32,000 nucleotides of DNA from Candidatus Harpocratesius repetitus (GTDB lineage: Archaea; Asgardarchaeota; Lokiarchaeia; Sigyniarchaeales; Promethearchaeaceae): the NCBI GenBank assembly GCA_021498095.1, contig JAIZWK010000001.1, positions 3,300,001 to 3,332,000 on the forward strand, read 5' to 3'. Below are positions 29,038-32,000 of this stretch, piece after piece. A program made the translations under genes and the position numbers. Below the pieces are notes generated by a model. That model saw only the letters and a list, made by a program, of their open reading frames with translations. It was not told where the DNA came from and ran no database searches. Each line of letters opens with the position of its first letter. Position 1 is the first letter of the stretch.

Positions 29038-29712
29038 TTATACTTGCTCAGATTTCTTTATATTTAAAAAGATTGTAGAACCTGTCATAACATATTCAAT
29101 TACAATTGAAACTGAATGCATATATTCTTGAATTGCATCGAGCATTCCTTGAGCAAGTCCAATAATAAATTGCGGTGATAAAGTATCTTTTAAAATAATT
29201 GATTGTCGATCTTCTTGAATAACTTTAATTTTTGCACTTTTTTCAAAAATTGGGATAAGCTCAGTTTTCAAAATCAGCTCAGGATCAATTGAAAAAGAGG
29301 CTCCCATTTTTAATAATGGTTCCCTTCGTTTCTGCCATAAATAACGACCAGTAATCCTTCCAGCGATAAATAAATCTTCAGAATTTTTAATTTTTTGAAT
29401 AACTTGTGAAAGAAACCTTAAAAAATGAGAATTTGGATCATCACTTTTGATCAATTTAGCTATTGTGTCTTTAACATCTAATAAACTTGTAGATTTAACA
29501 AAAACGGAGGATTCTTGATCTTTTACAAGCAAAACTCTTTCAATACTACGTGGATTTAAATTTTCATCCAAATATACGGTAATAAAATGATCATTATGTG
29601 AGACTAGAATAGGAAGTATTCCTGAAGTTCCAAATTCAGGTTTAATTTGATCTGGATCGATTTCATATTCAAATGTTTCTCCACAAGTACATTCTAACCG
29701 AATTTTTTTCAT
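29038..29712 (-). CDS. Hypothetical protein: N-terminal CxC..HxxH domain plus V4R/Bet3-like C-terminal domain (paralogue A)
   Basis: CTCG and HNDH; AGRITGRYL and IGLAQGML helices followed by two terminal strands. Fold call is inference. Confidence 0.6.
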   Translation of the reverse strand: MKKIRLECTCGETFEYEIDPDQIKPEFGTSGILPILVSHNDHFITVYLDENLNPRSIERVLLVKDQESSVFVKSTSLLDVKDTIAKLIKSDDPNSHFLRFLSQVIQKIKNSEDLFIAGRITGRYLWQKRREPLLKMGASFSIDPELILKTELIPIFEKSAKIKVIQEDRQSIILKDTLSPQFIIGLAQGMLDAIQEYMHSVSIVIEYVMTGSTIFLNIKKSEQV

Positions 29713-29970
29713 ATTTTTATTTATGAGAGAATAGATTTAAATATTTAATTCAGAAATATTTCCCACTTCTAAAAAAGAGAAATTATGAAAAAAGAAAAAA
29801 TCTCGTAAATTTTAAAAAAAATATAAGAGCCTTTGTCAACATTTGATAGATTAATAAAAAAATAAAAATCCTGCATAATTTACGCATTTACCAACATTTC
29901 ATCCAAATTTGAAATTTGTCGATCAAAAATTTAGAACTTTTTTTATCAAATCCTACTAAAATTTGATTAA

Positions 29971-30108
29971 AAATAGTCAAAAATCAACCCATAATTATAT
30001 TTTCTAAAGTTTATCTTTGCCGACTGAAATAATTCTTGGATAAGTTTGATTATTGTCGAAAAATGAAAGATTAAAATGGAAATTCTGTCAAAAATAAAGA
30101 AGTTGCTA
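29971..30108 (-). repeat. 138-bp intergenic dispersed repeat, copy B
   Basis: Reverse complement matches 10745-10882 at 129/138 positions. Confidence 0.95.
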
Positions 30109-30239
30109 GAATCTCATAAAACTGGAAATTTTTCAAAATGAATATAATAAATATTAACGTATAATTATACTAAATAAATAGTGTTTAAGTATCAGTAATT
30201 CTCTATTTGCAAATCAATAAACAAATAAAGGTATAATTT

Positions 30240-30818
30240 ATGATCCATAAAATTGCTCTCCTAGGTGCTGGAGGTAGTGGTAAAAGCTCAATCCTTGAAA
30301 TGAAAAAATCAAAAACTTTTCAAGAAAATAAATCTATCACAATAGGTGTAGACATTGAATTTATACCTATACAAAATCCAGAGATTGATGATGGTAAAGG
30401 TCAATTCTATACTGTTGATTTAGGTGGACAACAAAGATTTCAACTTATGCATGATGCATATATTAAAGGTATAGAAGGTGCCTTGATTGTTTTCGATCTC
30501 TCCAGATATCGTACATTTGTGGACATTCCAACATATATTGATCTAGTTATTAAAGAAAATATCTCTATTCCAATTTTATTAGTTGGAAATAAAATAGATT
30601 TGATTTCAAAAGACCAGGAAGAACAATATGAAAAAGATCTTATAACATTTTATGAGAAATATAGAGATAAATGCAATTTGTATGGATACATTTTCACTTC
30701 AGCAAAAAATAATTACAATATTGAAGGTACTTTTGCAATCTGTGAAGAAATGATTCTTTGGGAAAAATACCCTTTACAAGCTCAAGTCTCAAAAAAAGCC
30801 CATCAATTACAAAATTAA
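30240..30818 (+). CDS. Rab-like small GTPase (paralogue B)
   Basis: GAGGSGKS, TIGVD, DLGGQQRF, GNKID, TSAK; roughly 55-60% identical to 28432-29004 by manual count. Confidence 0.92.
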   Translation: MIHKIALLGAGGSGKSSILEMKKSKTFQENKSITIGVDIEFIPIQNPEIDDGKGQFYTVDLGGQQRFQLMHDAYIKGIEGALIVFDLSRYRTFVDIPTYIDLVIKENISIPILLVGNKIDLISKDQEEQYEKDLITFYEKYRDKCNLYGYIFTSAKNNYNIEGTFAICEEMILWEKYPLQAQVSKKAHQLQN

Positions 30819-30842
30819 CTGAAGCAAATATTGATATTTTTA

Positions 30843-31514
30843 TTATTTATTAACAATAGATAAAAAAATCGAAGAACCAGAATCAACAAATTCTAAAAAT
30901 TCTGGTAAATCTGTGTGCATAAAACTTTGAATAGCTGTTACAATACCTTGTGTCATTCCTATCATAAATTTAGTTGAAATCACATTTTCAAGTACATATG
31001 AATATTTATTTTCTTGAATTACTTTAACTTGAGCAGTTTTCGAAAAAATCGGCAGGATCTCTTCAGATAATATCATTATTGGATCGGCAGAAAAAGTAGC
31101 ACCCATTTTTAATATTGGTTCTCGTCGTTTATGCCACAAATATCTTCCTGTAATACGGCCTGCCATAAATTGATCTTCTTCTGATTTAAATTCTTGCAAG
31201 ACTTTTGAAAGGAATTGTAAAAAATGAAAACGAGGGTCAATAAATCGAATAAGTTTATTTACTTTTTGTTCAACATTACTTTGATTTTCATCAGTAAGTA
31301 TTATTGAAGATAAATTGCTATTATGCAATAAAATTACTTGTTCCACTCTTAAAATATCATAATGTTTATCAAGCAGAACTGTAATTAAATGATTTTTATG
31401 TTTAAGAAGAAATGGTGGGAATGAAGAATGCCTAGTTTTTAATTTAATATCTTGTGGATCAAAATTAAACGAAAAAAATTCTCCACACGGACATTCTATC
31501 CGAATTTCTTTCAT
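30843..31514 (-). CDS. Hypothetical protein: CxC..HxxH plus V4R/Bet3-like domain (paralogue B)
   Basis: CPCG and HKNH; AGRITGRYLW.KRREP.LKMGA.FS.DP shared with 29038-29712. Confidence 0.6.
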   Translation of the reverse strand: MKEIRIECPCGEFFSFNFDPQDIKLKTRHSSFPPFLLKHKNHLITVLLDKHYDILRVEQVILLHNSNLSSIILTDENQSNVEQKVNKLIRFIDPRFHFLQFLSKVLQEFKSEEDQFMAGRITGRYLWHKRREPILKMGATFSADPIMILSEEILPIFSKTAQVKVIQENKYSYVLENVISTKFMIGMTQGIVTAIQSFMHTDLPEFLEFVDSGSSIFLSIVNK

Positions 31515-31593
31515 AAATAGATTGAGGAAAATTCTCCTTAAAAATGTTTAACAATTTTTGAAGTAAATCACATTATTAATTATATATAACATC

Positions 31594-32000
31594 TTAGAAA
31601 AATTCTGAAAGGCAATAGGACTGTAGCGGAAACCAATTATTAAGAATAGCATTACTTTCTTTTTTCAATCCATCTATCCACTGAAAATATGTTAGTTCTG
31701 ATATAGAACAAGAACCATATAGCAATGCAGTTAACGCACCAATTGAAAATATAGGTTTTGTTCTATCCAATTCAGAACTTATCTTTGAAATATCAAGCTG
31801 ATATTTATGCGGTTGAATATTTACTTCCTCAACAGCTTCCAATTTGTACACACCTGTATTCCAGGGAGCAAGAGGATCTGAAATACTGAAAATAAAGTTT
31901 CCAGGTTGTTTTACTTGAATATCTTTAAATGCTTCTTTAATATTTATTATTCTTGCCATGGTTTGCAAATGCTGGCGTATATTAACTTTTGTGAACCCTT
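31594..32000 (-). CDS. Eis-like GNAT acetyltransferase, C-terminal SCP2-like part; 5' end outside window
   Basis: MARIINI..AF, F.ISDPLAPWNTGVYKL, IGALTALLYG match the Eis C-terminal pattern; the frame is open to the window edge. Confidence 0.75.
   Translation of the reverse strand, partial: GFTKVNIRQHLQTMARIINIKEAFKDIQVKQPGNFIFSISDPLAPWNTGVYKLEAVEEVNIQPHKYQLDISKISSELDRTKPIFSIGALTALLYGSCSISELTYFQWIDGLKKESNAILNNWFPLQSYCLSEFF

Overview
AT-rich archaeal chromosomal window, very probably from an Asgard archaeon (Lokiarchaeia-like). The evidence is a ribophorin I homologue, Sec61beta, three Rab-like small GTPases, longin-domain proteins, a UBA3/SAE2-like E1, eS30 and a tRNA with a bulge-helix-bulge intron. 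Housekeeping genes (amidase, MazG, Trm112, gdhA, APC permease) are mixed with accessory genes (VapBC, N6-adenine MTase-TRD, DDE transposase, ChrB-like protein, PKD surface protein). The main signal is that each GTPase sits tail-to-tail with an uncharacterised partner carrying a fold used by eukaryotic Rab GEFs. One GTPase faces two 7TM-longin fusions. The other two form a duplicated cassette with a protein that has a putative Zn site and a Bet3/V4R-like domain. Signals outside the ORF track: a 138-bp ~93% identical repeat in inverted orientation 19 kb apart, a ~100-nt hairpin upstream of gdhA, a D-loop intron and non-canonical C33 in tRNA-Gln(UUG), and two genes that appear to start at non-AUG codons behind Shine-Dalgarno motifs. 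All family assignments come from motif recognition by eye; no database search was run.
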